The position numbers and the translations under genes are program-made. Positions 40,501 through 49,394 of a stretch of 64,000 nt of DNA are shown piece by piece (the stretch's first letter is position 1; each line of letters opens with the position of its first letter). Under the pieces are notes generated by a model. It did no database searches. It saw only the letters and a list, made by a program, of their open reading frames with translations, and was not told the DNA's origin. The stretch is from a bacterium (lineage in GTDB: Bacteria; Bacteroidota; Bacteroidia; NS11-12g; UBA955): positions 6,277 through 70,276 of the forward strand of contig JAQSCZ010000119.1 of assembly GCA_029945665.1 (NCBI GenBank). The letters run 5' to 3'.

Positions 40501-40687
40501 ATATTCCCCTTTGAGAATTGATGGCGGCGTTGGAACCGCTCTAAACATATACAAATGGGGAAAACGCACGCTTATTAAGCCATTCACTTTAAGATTCGAC
40601 ATGCCCTTATATCTGAATACTGCACCTTATGCCGACAAAAACTTTGTTCAAATGAGATGGTTATTAGGTGTAGGCAGAAGTTTTTAA
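37532..40687 (+). CDS. M1 family zinc metallopeptidase fused to an Omp85-like C-terminal beta-barrel
   Basis: Signal peptide MKKILILLFLLPLFANSQ. Gluzincin motif VIAHEIGHNWFFG plus E 18 residues later (MLDEGF). The C-terminal ~380 aa carry GGGLNLRGY, FGDAGM and a terminal ...GVGRSF. Confidence 0.8.
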   Translation: MKKILILLFLLPLFANSQTFNYADYWKTRKPNDAYWQQDVHYKINANIDDTKDEITGEETLEYFNNSPDELSTVYFHLYQNAFQPGSYAHALEIANNQNTVFGKYEAMKMGTLIDEFKVAGEILEYKIDNTILIAKLKTPIKPNSSITFNIKFRTYWDEGTMRRRFKSFKPDELNKHFDGVHWYPRICVYDRKFGWETDQHLGKEFYGDYGVFDVKLTFPSNYVVEATGAIQNEREVLPIELRKAIDISNYSSIVKDEHDKNRIVPNNYKYTIKREGTKTWIYHAENVHDFAFTADPTYRIGEVVWNGIRCIALAQEKNAPEWRPTAQFVADLVSVYSKDIGMYGYPKIVAADARDGMEYPMLTLDGGNWPGHQYVIAHEIGHNWFFGMIGNNETYRAMLDEGFTQFLTSWSIKKINNIPMHANSYDEGSVYNGYLNDAINKNDAFLNTHSDDFNSALGHGGGYRHVYYKTATMLYNLQYVLGDELFLNAMKHYFNQWKFAHPYPDDFRQSIINYTHVDLNWFFDQWMETTKSIDYEIKKIKKIKNTKDGKYQYAITFARKGEMQMPLDITITDKTGKKYEYLIPNTYFTKNDGRTVLKTWKGWGLLNPTYTDTITIDHKIKLVAIDTTHRLADIYRVDNIKSKNGCSQLPMKLVNDKNIQQPISFNKRVFTFSPNIWFNAVDGFKDGINFHSDYARVKNVLDFTFFLNTGLGAEQKYKIAKERDLFSYRIKYSTLVGHYANFHLESRWLDGITLNQIGVEKSFGNNTFNFYFKSIGMANGRHIYWPYANASSREGKLNNTLNIDYTRRYNYKHGNGTINSGLRGSTMTKDYGYGSIKLEVINNNHFGKFEVKTRFFAQAITGVNIADESILNLAGANMEQMLESKFTRSRGFIPQEWLGYGASTNHFQAGGGLNLRGYAGYLAPIENGNSVTPLYQGTHGTSASVEIDFDQYIHFKPKFTRNWLKIDAYLFGDAGMIMENRIAINGKRLYSPLRIDGGVGTALNIYKWGKRTLIKPFTLRFDMPLYLNTAPYADKNFVQMRWLLGVGRSF

Positions 40688-40697
40688 TAATAGAACA

Positions 40698-40886
40698 ATG
40701 AAAAGCAAAAAAATAAAAATCATTATACTACTAAGTTTTCTTATTCTATTTGTAGGATCAGCACTGACTATGTATTTTAAATTTGTTTATAAACAACCAA
40801 GAATAAAAATAATAGCACCACGCACAGAATATGACCCCATAAAAGTTGACAGCGCTTTGCGAAGTCAAAAGAATTACAAACGATAA
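40698..40886 (+). CDS. Possible 62-aa single-pass membrane protein
   Basis: MKSKKIKIIILLSFLILFVGSALTMYF..., lying 10 nt after the peptidase gene. Confidence 0.35.
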   Translation: MKSKKIKIIILLSFLILFVGSALTMYFKFVYKQPRIKIIAPRTEYDPIKVDSALRSQKNYKR

Positions 40887-41203
40887 TTTAATACCTTTTA
40901 ATGAAAGTATGAGAATAAAATACGCATTTTAAAATACTCATATTCATAAGAAAGTTTGAAAAAATTCAACTGCTTATAGCAACTTATAATCCATTTTTGG
41001 TGTCGTTTATTAGAAAATGATTAGCAATAAAAAAAACTTCATTTACAAAAATATAAAAAGCTATTTATCAACGAATTATAATACAATAGGTTAATTTTTT
41101 ATGAAAATTTATTTTTTTGTTTTAAATTCACAATAACCTTTTCAAAAACTTAACAAAAAAGTTTATCCTGAAAAATTCAAATTATTAGCATTTTTAATTT
41201 ATC

Positions 41204-41620
41204 ATGAAAAAATTCAGTTTTATTTTTATTTCTTTCTCAATCCTTTTAATACTATTTTTTTTTGCATCATGCGAAAGAGAACCAGAACACCATGATTTAA
41301 GTGTATCAGATGTAAACATTGTTATAAGTTCCCCCAATGAATCCCAAGAATTCGAAGCAGGGGATACGGTTAATATAAAAGGCGCAATTGATGCTCCTGA
41401 GGAAATGCATGGGTATGAAGTTCACCTGACCCGTTTATCTGACAATACAGAGGTTATGAATAAAACTTATGGTACAAATGCTAAGCATTACGACTTCAGT
41501 GAAACATTTATAAATGATGGCATCGTTCATTCTGATATGTCACTTGAAATAGTTGCTATTACTGACCATTCTGGAACCAAGACAAGCAAAAAGGTACAGT
41601 TTCACTGTCACGAAAAATAA
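41204..41620 (+). CDS. Small lipoprotein, Ig-like (possibly DUF4625-like), His-rich ends
   Basis: Lipobox FFASC followed by EREPEHHD. The beta-sandwich-like core is NIVISSPNESQEFEAGDTVNIKGAI, and the C-terminus is FHCHEK. Confidence 0.5.
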   Translation: MKKFSFIFISFSILLILFFFASCEREPEHHDLSVSDVNIVISSPNESQEFEAGDTVNIKGAIDAPEEMHGYEVHLTRLSDNTEVMNKTYGTNAKHYDFSETFINDGIVHSDMSLEIVAITDHSGTKTSKKVQFHCHEK

Positions 41621-41644
41621 AATTTTCAACTTTAACCATTCAAG

Positions 41645-41684
41645 ACACCTCTTTTATACAAAATTTAGGAGGTGTTTTTCTTTT
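41645..41684 (+). terminator. Terminator-like hairpin after the lipoprotein gene
   Basis: acacctc/gaggtgt stem (41645-41651/41669-41675) with a 17-nt loop, followed by ttttcttttaat. Confidence 0.4.
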
Positions 41685-41700
41685 AATAAGATATTTAAAA

Positions 41701-42073
41701 AAAGGCAATCTATAAGCCGGGTTCTGTATTCTGCACAAGTGCAAAATGTCTGTCATTTATCTAATGCAACCTACCCTCCGAGGCATACACTTATTGCTAA
41801 GCTAACTTGAGCGAGCAGCCCTCAAGCCCCGGTATATTTGGTTTTACAACCCATAAGGTTTATCCACCTACACTATTACTAATGTAAGTTGTGAGCTCTT
41901 ACCTCACATTTTCACCTTTTCCCTAACCTAAGTCAAGGTAGTTATTCTCTGTGACCCTATCTGTCAACAACCTTTGCAAGTTATTTCCCATCCTTTCAAA
42001 TGGTATGGTGCTCTGTGTTGCCCGGACTTTCCTCCCTGATTATAACACCAGGGCGACAAACCAATTGCCTTTT
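41701..42073 (-). ncRNA. rnpB: RNase P RNA, bacterial type A
   Basis: The minus strand contains GGGAGGAAAGTCCGGGCAACACAGAGCA (P4 5' side) and ACAGAACCCGGCTTATAG near the 3' end. P1 pairs AAAGGCAAT (42064-42072) with ATTGCCTTT (41701-41709). Length is about 373 nt. Confidence 0.95.
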
Positions 42074-42076
42074 GTG

Positions 42077-42084
42077 CAAAGATA
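42077..42084 (-). promoter_or_regulatory. Candidate -7 box (TATCTTTG) of rnpB
   Basis: The minus strand reads TATCTTTG and ends about 5 nt upstream of the predicted rnpB 5' end. Confidence 0.45.
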
Positions 42085-42139
42085 ATGAAATGTTTTAGTA
42101 GGGTTAAATAAAAGTTAAATAACGAAAATACTTTCAATA

Positions 42140-42574
42140 TTATTTAAAATTGGGTAGATCATCTATTACCACCAAAGTTTCTGATTGTAAAGACAAATAA
42201 ATATGCTGCAATCCATTGGTTAGAAGTACAAACTTCGCTTTCAGATGTTTTTGATAAATTCCCGCTTGCTTTAGAGTTGCTTCAGTTAATTTAACATTGG
42301 GCGCCTTACATTCAATTAAAATTTGCGGTGAACCATCATTATTGGCCACATATAAGTCAAATCTTTTATGCAAACCATTGTATTTCAGCGACTTTTCAAT
42401 AGCAATCAATCCAGCTGAATATCCCTTCTCTTCAATCAAGTGCCTTACAACATGCTGTCTTACCCATTCCTCGGGGGTTAAAGAAACATACTTTTTTCGG
42501 ATAATGTCGAAAATTAGTGCATTACCATTCTCATTTTTTATCGTAAAATTGTAGTCTTTAAAATTTAGTTGCAC
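42140..42574 (-). CDS. Type I restriction enzyme HsdR N-terminal domain-only protein (PD-(D/E)xK fold)
   Basis: 144 aa with EEWVRQHVVRHLIEEKGY...DLYVANNDGSPQILIECKAPNVKL, i.e. a D...E-C-K nuclease-like motif. GTG start. No hsdM or hsdS nearby. Confidence 0.7.
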   Translation of the reverse strand: MQLNFKDYNFTIKNENGNALIFDIIRKKYVSLTPEEWVRQHVVRHLIEEKGYSAGLIAIEKSLKYNGLHKRFDLYVANNDGSPQILIECKAPNVKLTEATLKQAGIYQKHLKAKFVLLTNGLQHIYLSLQSETLVVIDDLPNFK

Positions 42575-42623
42575 AACTACAAAATTAATACTAATTTAGT
42601 TGTTCTGCAGCAAAATAAAACCA

Positions 42624-43682
42624 ATGGCCAACAACACGATTACTAAATACAATCAAATTCTTGCAGAGATAAAAAACAGACAATTTACTCCTGTGTATTT
42701 GCTCGAAGGAGAAGAAACGTATTTTATCGATGCAATTACAGAGGCATTAGAAGAACATGTCCTAAAACCAGAGGAAAAAAGTTTTGACCAAATTATTGTA
42801 TATGGAAAAGACAGCTCTGCTTTGGACATCAAAATGGCAGCCAAACGATTTCCATTATTAAGTCAGTACCTGCTCATCATAGTTAAAGAAGCTCAAAATT
42901 TAGACGATTTAGATGTATTTGAAGATTATCTTAGTTCACCTCCTAAATCAACAATATTAGTATTTTGCTACAAGGGCAAAAAAATTGATAAGCGTAAAAA
43001 AGTTGGCAAAATGTTCGGAAAGTTTACACATTTTACAAGCGAACGCATGCGAGATTACGAAGTAACTCCTTGGGTAGAAAAATACATACGAGACAAAGGT
43101 GTGAGAATTGAACCGTCTGCGGTGCAGCTTATTGTTGATTATCTGGGTAGCGATTTGGTGAAAATAGCCAGCGAAGTAGACCGCATGTTGATTAATTTAA
43201 AATCAGATGTTGGTCTTATCTCAATTAATCACATCGAACAAAATATTGGCGTTAGTAAAGACTTTAATGTCTTTGAACTACAGAATGCCCTAGGTCAGAA
43301 AAATTTCAATAAATCGATTCAAATCGCGCATTACTTTGCCAGTAACATTAAAAGCCACCCGCTTATTCCAATTATTGCCAATCTTTTAAGTTTTTTTACC
43401 AAAGTTTATTTATACAACAATTTAAAAAACCGTCCAAGAAAAGAATTAGCCGCCGCTTTGGGAATTAATGAATATTTTATCGATGGCTATAAAGTAGCAA
43501 GTACCAATTACTCCCCTGCTTTTATTGAACAAATCTTTGGTTATCTTAAATACTATGATTTAAGAGCTAAAGGGGTAAATGATTCTGGTATTACAGACGA
43601 TGGGCAGTTGATAATTGAAATGGTTGTGAAGATTTTAAGAATTGCTGAAATTCCCGCACAACAAGCTAGACTTAACTTGTAA
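42624..43682 (+). CDS. holA: DNA polymerase III subunit delta
   Basis: From the ATG at 42624 it reads ...FTPVYLLEGEETYFID... and is about 350 aa, which fits the holA N-terminal pattern. Confidence 0.8.
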   Translation: MANNTITKYNQILAEIKNRQFTPVYLLEGEETYFIDAITEALEEHVLKPEEKSFDQIIVYGKDSSALDIKMAAKRFPLLSQYLLIIVKEAQNLDDLDVFEDYLSSPPKSTILVFCYKGKKIDKRKKVGKMFGKFTHFTSERMRDYEVTPWVEKYIRDKGVRIEPSAVQLIVDYLGSDLVKIASEVDRMLINLKSDVGLISINHIEQNIGVSKDFNVFELQNALGQKNFNKSIQIAHYFASNIKSHPLIPIIANLLSFFTKVYLYNNLKNRPRKELAAALGINEYFIDGYKVASTNYSPAFIEQIFGYLKYYDLRAKGVNDSGITDDGQLIIEMVVKILRIAEIPAQQARLNL

Positions 43683-43797
43683 TTTTATTTATTTTATACT
43701 TAATTATTTTTTCCTGCGTTTAGTGTTATAAACGTATGTTAAAAAGTATTAAGTCTTAGATTCACTCTAAATGATTTACTTTGTATACAATAAACTA

Positions 43798-46700
43798 ATG
43801 TCTTTCATGCCCTTAAAAAAATATAGTCTAGTCCTTCTTCTCACAAGCTTTTTCATTTCAATGTCAGCTCAAAAAACAGCTGCAAACGAAGATAAAATCA
43901 GATTGTATAATACAGCCATCGAATTGTATGATAAACAATTGTACAATGCCGCCATTTCTAATTTCAATGATTACTTACCTTACGCTAGTGATGCTGTAAA
44001 TATTAGCGATGTTGAATATTACATTGCAAGTTGCAAATTAAAATTGATGCATAATAATGCTTTGGCTAACATGCTAGACTTTATGGAACGCTATCCGCAA
44101 AGTAGAAAAGTTAACAATGCAAATCTTGAGGTCGGCGATTATTACTACAACCTTTCTAAATTCAAAAACGCCCTTACTTATTACAAAAAAGTACAAACCT
44201 TAGGATTAAGTCGCGAAGAAAACAACAAACTGGCCTATCACTTGGGTTATTGCTATTTCAAATCAGGCAAATACAAAGAGGCTAAAGAAACTTTGGCTCC
44301 ACTCACAAATACTGACAATCCTTACCGCGATGAAGCAACTTACTACTATGGCTACGTGTGTTATATGGACAAAGATTACAAACAAGCCTTAAGTGCGTTC
44401 AGGAAAGTTGAGGACAAGGGAAATCAAGCCGTAAAATTGTACATTGCTGAAATTTATTATTTACAAAATGAGCACCAAAAGGCCATAGATTATGCCCAAG
44501 GCAAAGACTTTGGCGTATTAAATACCAACCGTGATTTATTGCTTGGTAAATGTTATTACCGTTTAGATAATTTCGATAAAGCACAAACTTATTTTGATGC
44601 CAGTAATTATAAAATAGCCAATTTAAATGATGCAGAAGCCTTTGAAATTGGTTACACTTATTATATGAATAAAAGCTGTGCTAAAAGCTCTCTATTATTT
44701 GAAAAAATTGCTAATAATGGCAATGCAATGGCTCAAAGTGCCAGTTATCATTTAGGAGATTGTTATTTAAAAATAGGTAAAAAACAAAATGCTTTTAATG
44801 CTTTTTATGAAGCACAAAGAACTGAATTTGACAAAGGAATTCAAGAAGAAGCAATGTTCACTTACGCTAAATTAGCGCATGAATTAGAATATACAAGTAA
44901 AGCCATTGCAGCTTATCAAAAATTTAACGAATTATTTCCAAAGTCGAAACACAGCAATGATGCTAAGAAAAATTTAGCGACTTTGTTATATACCTCCAAC
45001 GATTATAAAACTGCGGCGAGCGTAATGGGTGAAATGCAAATTACCGATGAAAGCACCAAAGAGCTTTATCAAAAAATATTATTTTTACGAGGTGAAGAAT
45101 TATTCAACCAAAAAGATATTGAGGGCGCGAAAGAACACTTTAAAAAATCAATTGCAAACAAGGTCGATCAAAACATTTATAGTCAATGTAACTTTTGGTT
45201 AGGTGAAATTGAATACAAATCGGGCAAAAATGACAATGCACGAATTTATTACCAAAAGTTTTTGGATCAAGTCGAATCGAAGAAAACAAAATATTATCCA
45301 GAAGCATTATACGGCATAGGCTATACTTATTTCAATCAGAAAAAATACGCTGAAGCTGCTAACTATTTCAGTAAATATAAAACAAGTGTCGGATACACAC
45401 TTCCAGAAAACATGTTTCATGATGCAACCCTTAGACTTGGCGATTGCTATTTTGCAACCAATAATTATGGCGAAGCGCTTGATGCGTATACCTACATAAT
45501 AGCAAATAAAAAGGCGGGTTCCGATTATGCAATGTTTCAACAAGGCATGATATACGGCTTGCAGAATAAAGTGATGAATAAGATTAATGTTATGAAAAAA
45601 ATTGCCAGAGATTTTCCTAACTCACCTTATATTGCTGATGCTATTTTTGAAACTGCAACTGAATACAATGAACTTGAAAATTATCAAGAAGCGGAAAGAC
45701 AATTTAAATATTTGATTGATGACTACCCAAATTCACAATATGTTAAAAGATGTCACATGTCCTTGGGTCAAATCTATTTCGATCAAAACAGAAATGATGA
45801 TGCGCTTGCTGAATATAAATATGTTGCTAAAACTTATCCTGGCACATCAGAAGCACAAAAAGCGATAAAAGACGCGGAAGCGGTTTATAAAAAACAAGGC
45901 AATATAAAGGCTTATGTTGAATGGATTAAAACAGTGCCAAACGGCAATATTTCGACAAGCAAAGAAGACTCTCTTTATTACGATGTTGCTTACAGAAAAT
46001 ACTTGAAAGAAGATTATATCAATGCTAGTAAAGATTTCACAGATTATCTGAACAATTTTAGTGAAGGTTTCTTTATTCTAACCGCACATTATTACTTGGC
46101 TATCTGTGAATTAAAACTCGATCGAACAGAAGCTTCGATACCTCATTTAAAATTTGTTGCAGACGCTCAAAATTCGGAATTTAAAGAGGATGCCATTTAC
46201 CGTTTATGCAATTATTATCAGCAAAAAAATGATTGTGACAATGGTATAGTGTATTATGAACTTCTAGAAAAATACAGTAGTTCTAACCTCTCCATGAAAA
46301 AAGCGGTTTATGGCCAATTGATATGCAATAACAAGATGGGCATTAGAGCTAAAGCGAAAACAAAAGCAGAACAACTATTAACCTATGAATCGCTTTCCAA
46401 TGAAGAAAAAGGCTTGAGCAATAATACCATTGGGCTTTATTACCTGCATGATAGTTCGTATGAAATTGCAAAAAAATCCTTTAGAAAATCTCTTAAAATA
46501 AATTCGCAAGATATCTATGGCGCAGAGGCCAAATATTATGAAGGATACATGCGTTATATGCAAGATAGTTTAGATAAATGCAAAAAGAGTATTATGGAAT
46601 TCAATAACCAATATTCGAATTATGATTATTGGTTAGGTAAGACCTTTATATTATTAGCAGATTATTATTTAAAAAAGGGCGATCAGTTTCAGGCAAAAGC

Positions 46701-46824
46701 AACCTTAAATAGTGTACTTGACAATTTCAAAGAGGAAGAAATATTAGCAATTGCTCGCAAAAAATTAGCAGCATTGGAACCTAATGCACCTGCTAATAAT
46801 TTGATTGATGACGGAGGGGAATAA
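43798..46824 (+). CDS. Large tetratricopeptide-repeat protein (secreted/periplasmic)
   Basis: Signal peptide ...FFISMSAQ, then more than 20 TPR-like units (A..Y.LG.CY...G.Y.EA...F pattern). Start at 43771, 43798 or 43807. Confidence 0.85.
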   Translation: MSFMPLKKYSLVLLLTSFFISMSAQKTAANEDKIRLYNTAIELYDKQLYNAAISNFNDYLPYASDAVNISDVEYYIASCKLKLMHNNALANMLDFMERYPQSRKVNNANLEVGDYYYNLSKFKNALTYYKKVQTLGLSREENNKLAYHLGYCYFKSGKYKEAKETLAPLTNTDNPYRDEATYYYGYVCYMDKDYKQALSAFRKVEDKGNQAVKLYIAEIYYLQNEHQKAIDYAQGKDFGVLNTNRDLLLGKCYYRLDNFDKAQTYFDASNYKIANLNDAEAFEIGYTYYMNKSCAKSSLLFEKIANNGNAMAQSASYHLGDCYLKIGKKQNAFNAFYEAQRTEFDKGIQEEAMFTYAKLAHELEYTSKAIAAYQKFNELFPKSKHSNDAKKNLATLLYTSNDYKTAASVMGEMQITDESTKELYQKILFLRGEELFNQKDIEGAKEHFKKSIANKVDQNIYSQCNFWLGEIEYKSGKNDNARIYYQKFLDQVESKKTKYYPEALYGIGYTYFNQKKYAEAANYFSKYKTSVGYTLPENMFHDATLRLGDCYFATNNYGEALDAYTYIIANKKAGSDYAMFQQGMIYGLQNKVMNKINVMKKIARDFPNSPYIADAIFETATEYNELENYQEAERQFKYLIDDYPNSQYVKRCHMSLGQIYFDQNRNDDALAEYKYVAKTYPGTSEAQKAIKDAEAVYKKQGNIKAYVEWIKTVPNGNISTSKEDSLYYDVAYRKYLKEDYINASKDFTDYLNNFSEGFFILTAHYYLAICELKLDRTEASIPHLKFVADAQNSEFKEDAIYRLCNYYQQKNDCDNGIVYYELLEKYSSSNLSMKKAVYGQLICNNKMGIRAKAKTKAEQLLTYESLSNEEKGLSNNTIGLYYLHDSSYEIAKKSFRKSLKINSQDIYGAEAKYYEGYMRYMQDSLDKCKKSIMEFNNQYSNYDYWLGKTFILLADYYLKKGDQFQAKATLNSVLDNFKEEEILAIARKKLAALEPNAPANNLIDDGGE

Positions 46825-46847
46825 TTAATACCTCAAATTTAAAAAAA

Positions 46848-46880
46848 GAAAAGCCACTTCAAGTAAGTGGCTTTTCTTTT
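46848..46880. terminator. Bidirectional intrinsic terminator between the TPR gene and rng
   Basis: 12-bp stem gaaaagccactt/aagtggcttttc with loop caagt. An A-run lies upstream and ttttcttttg downstream. Confidence 0.7.
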
Positions 46881-46909
46881 GCATTATTATGCTAAACTAA
46901 TTAAATATT

Positions 46910-48457
46910 TTAACTTATCTCCTCTCCCGATTCATTAAGAATCATGAAATTGGTTAAGTGTGTATTCAGGTCTTCTTCAATTTTAACCCATTTTCGGTAT
47001 TTATTATACCATTTCCATCGAATACTTTTAAATCCGCCTTTGGTTAAATAGGCTTTGATAATAGGATTAACTTTCAATGTTAATTTCTTAACATTTTGGG
47101 TCGACCATAAATGGGCTAATTTTTCTTCAATATTATCGCTTAACAACATACTCGAAACAACTGTTCCTGTGCCATTGCAACTAGGACAAAGTTCAGATGT
47201 TATAATATTCATTTCAGGTCGAACACGCTCTCTGGTAACCTGTATCAAACCAAATTTACTCATCGGCAATATATTGTGACGAGAGCGATCAGGTTTCATA
47301 GCAGCTGTTAATGAGTCATGCAATTCTTTTCTAGCAGTTGGACTTTTTAAGTCAATAAAGTCAATCACAATTATTCCCCCTAAATCTCGCAGTCGCAATT
47401 GACGAGCAATTTCTTTGGTGGCTTCCATATTGATTTTCAATGCATTTTCCTGCTGACTAGATGCGTCGGTAGTTTTCCTCCCACTGTTTACATCTATAAC
47501 GTGCATGGCTTCCGTATGCTCAATTATTAAATAAGCACCGTTGCTAAACATTACATTTTTTCCGAAAGAGGATTTAATTTGCTTATCGATTCCAAAATGT
47601 TGAAAGATGGGAATTTTTCCGCTGTATGGTTTAACAATATTTTCACGACCTTGTGCAATACCACCTACATATTCTTTAATTGTATTGGCATATTCGGCGT
47701 CATTAATATGAATTCCTGAGAAATCATCATTTAATAAATCCCTCAAGAGCGCTTCGGTTCTAGAAATTTCACCTAAGACTTTGAAAGGAGGTTTTGCATT
47801 TCGGGAGGCGGACACCATATTTTCCCAATGGGTTATCAGTCCTTTCAAGTCAACCTCTATTTCTTCGATTCCAGCTTCTTCGGCTACGGTACGAATAATA
47901 ATTCCGAAATTTTTGGGACGAATAGCATCCGTTAATTGTTTAAGGCGTTTTCGATGGACAGGGTCATCAATTTTCTTAGAAATGGCAATGGTTTTACCAA
48001 AAGGTACAAGTACTGAATAACGACCAGCAAATGAAATGTCTGTCGTAATCCGTGGACCTTTATTTGCAATTGGTTCTTTGAAAATTTGAACCAATATTTC
48101 ATCGCCTTTTTTAAGAATATCGCTAACTTTACCAGTTTTAACAATTTCCTCTTCGAGCGCAAACTCATCAAGGCTGCCCTTTTTGAGGCCGCCTTGCGTA
48201 ATAATTTTGGTTAATTTGAGGATAGATTTAAAATTGGCTCCTAAATCTGTGTAGTGAAGAAATGCATCCCTTTCATGCCCAACATCCAAAAATGCAGCAT
48301 TGAGGTTTGGCATAATCTTTTTAACCTTGCCGAGATAAACGTCTCCTATCTGAAAAGAAGAAACAGATTCTTCTTTTATCAATTCAACTAATTGTTTATT
48401 AAAAAGTAAGGCTACATCAATTCCACCAGCGTTGCGATCTATAACAAGCTCATTCAC
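46910..48457 (-). CDS. rng: Ribonuclease E/G family (RNase G-like)
   Basis: S1 domain (IGDVYLGKVKKIMPNLNAAFLDVG), then the catalytic region HTEAMHVIDVNSG...GGIIVIDFIDL and the Zn-link CPSCNGTG. Confidence 0.9.
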   Translation of the reverse strand: MNELVIDRNAGGIDVALLFNKQLVELIKEESVSSFQIGDVYLGKVKKIMPNLNAAFLDVGHERDAFLHYTDLGANFKSILKLTKIITQGGLKKGSLDEFALEEEIVKTGKVSDILKKGDEILVQIFKEPIANKGPRITTDISFAGRYSVLVPFGKTIAISKKIDDPVHRKRLKQLTDAIRPKNFGIIIRTVAEEAGIEEIEVDLKGLITHWENMVSASRNAKPPFKVLGEISRTEALLRDLLNDDFSGIHINDAEYANTIKEYVGGIAQGRENIVKPYSGKIPIFQHFGIDKQIKSSFGKNVMFSNGAYLIIEHTEAMHVIDVNSGRKTTDASSQQENALKINMEATKEIARQLRLRDLGGIIVIDFIDLKSPTARKELHDSLTAAMKPDRSRHNILPMSKFGLIQVTRERVRPEMNIITSELCPSCNGTGTVVSSMLLSDNIEEKLAHLWSTQNVKKLTLKVNPIIKAYLTKGGFKSIRWKWYNKYRKWVKIEEDLNTHLTNFMILNESGEEIS

Positions 48458-48482
48458 AATGGTAAGAAGTTAAAAAAATGAA

Positions 48483-48572
48483 TTATTTTTTCTTATGACG
48501 ATTTTTTCTCAATCTTTTTTTGCGCTTGTGAGTGGCAATTTTATGTCTTTTTCTTTTTTTTCCGCTTGGCAT
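48483..48572 (-). CDS. 29-aa highly basic microprotein, bS22 / AURKAIP1-COX24-like
   Basis: The minus strand encodes MPSGKKRKRHKIATHKRKKRLRKNRHKKK*. It matches my memory of the conserved Bacteroidota peptide annotated as AURKAIP1/COX24 domain protein. It is not in the ORF track because it is too short. Confidence 0.7.
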   Translation of the reverse strand: MPSGKKRKRHKIATHKRKKRLRKNRHKKK

Positions 48573-48629
48573 AATTTCTTATATTTATAAATTTTATTTA
48601 ATGCTTTGAGCCTTTACAGACCAAAGTTT

Positions 48630-49385
48630 TTATTCTTTTTCGTTCCCCAACTTCAAGTAAATATCGCTTAATTCAAGGTAATTTTCCTGATTTTGGGGCT
48701 GCAAAGATACTAATTTTTTGAATCTTTCAATAGCTTTTTCAAATTGTTGTGTTTCTATTGCTAATTTTCCTAAATAATAAAGGGCGTCTGTATTGTTTGG
48801 TTCAGCTTTATTTACCGCTAAAAGCAACTGAGCAGGCTTCATTAAATCCATGGTATTACTTGGAGGCTGAACATCGTAGACATTCTTTGTACAGATCGCT
48901 AAGTCAATCATAGCCGCATAATTCTTTGGATTTATTGCAACACATTTTTCTAAATTGACCTTCGCTTTTTTGGTAAACATAAATTCATTTTCAGGTTGCT
49001 GATGTGAATATGTTTCCATTAAAAAATAACGTGCACTTTGAAAATAACGCCAATCGGATTGTTGTTGTTCAGCCAATTTTTCGGATAAAACACCAGCATA
49101 CGCAAACTTTTTCATGGTATCAAGCAGCTCAATGGCCATAGATAAGCGCAAAGTATCTGTTGAATTTAAAATATCCGGTTTAACAATATCGGTTGTAGAG
49201 CCTATATTCTTTAAAAATGTACTGAATTGATCGGTGGTTTGTTTTTGAGTTTCAAATAATCGAGCCACCTCCATTTTCTTAAAATCTATTGAAGCCTCAC
49301 TTTTTTTCCATCCCATCCAAGAAAACCAACCCACTAATAAAAGAAAAGCAACCACTAAGGTTGCTTTAATTGTAAATAATTTCAT
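48630..49385 (-). CDS. Membrane-anchored TPR-like protein
   Basis: N-terminal TM (ATLVVAFLLLVGWFSWMGW) and C-terminal TPR units (ALYYLGKLAIETQQFEKAIERFKKLVSLQP). Confidence 0.65.
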   Translation of the reverse strand: MKLFTIKATLVVAFLLLVGWFSWMGWKKSEASIDFKKMEVARLFETQKQTTDQFSTFLKNIGSTTDIVKPDILNSTDTLRLSMAIELLDTMKKFAYAGVLSEKLAEQQQSDWRYFQSARYFLMETYSHQQPENEFMFTKKAKVNLEKCVAINPKNYAAMIDLAICTKNVYDVQPPSNTMDLMKPAQLLLAVNKAEPNNTDALYYLGKLAIETQQFEKAIERFKKLVSLQPQNQENYLELSDIYLKLGNEKE

Positions 49386-49394
49386 TCGACAAAT

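Noticed and set aside
41553-41810. 85-aa plus-strand ORF
   Set aside because: It overlaps the 3' part of rnpB (41701-42073, minus strand) and a terminator hairpin, so it is spurious.
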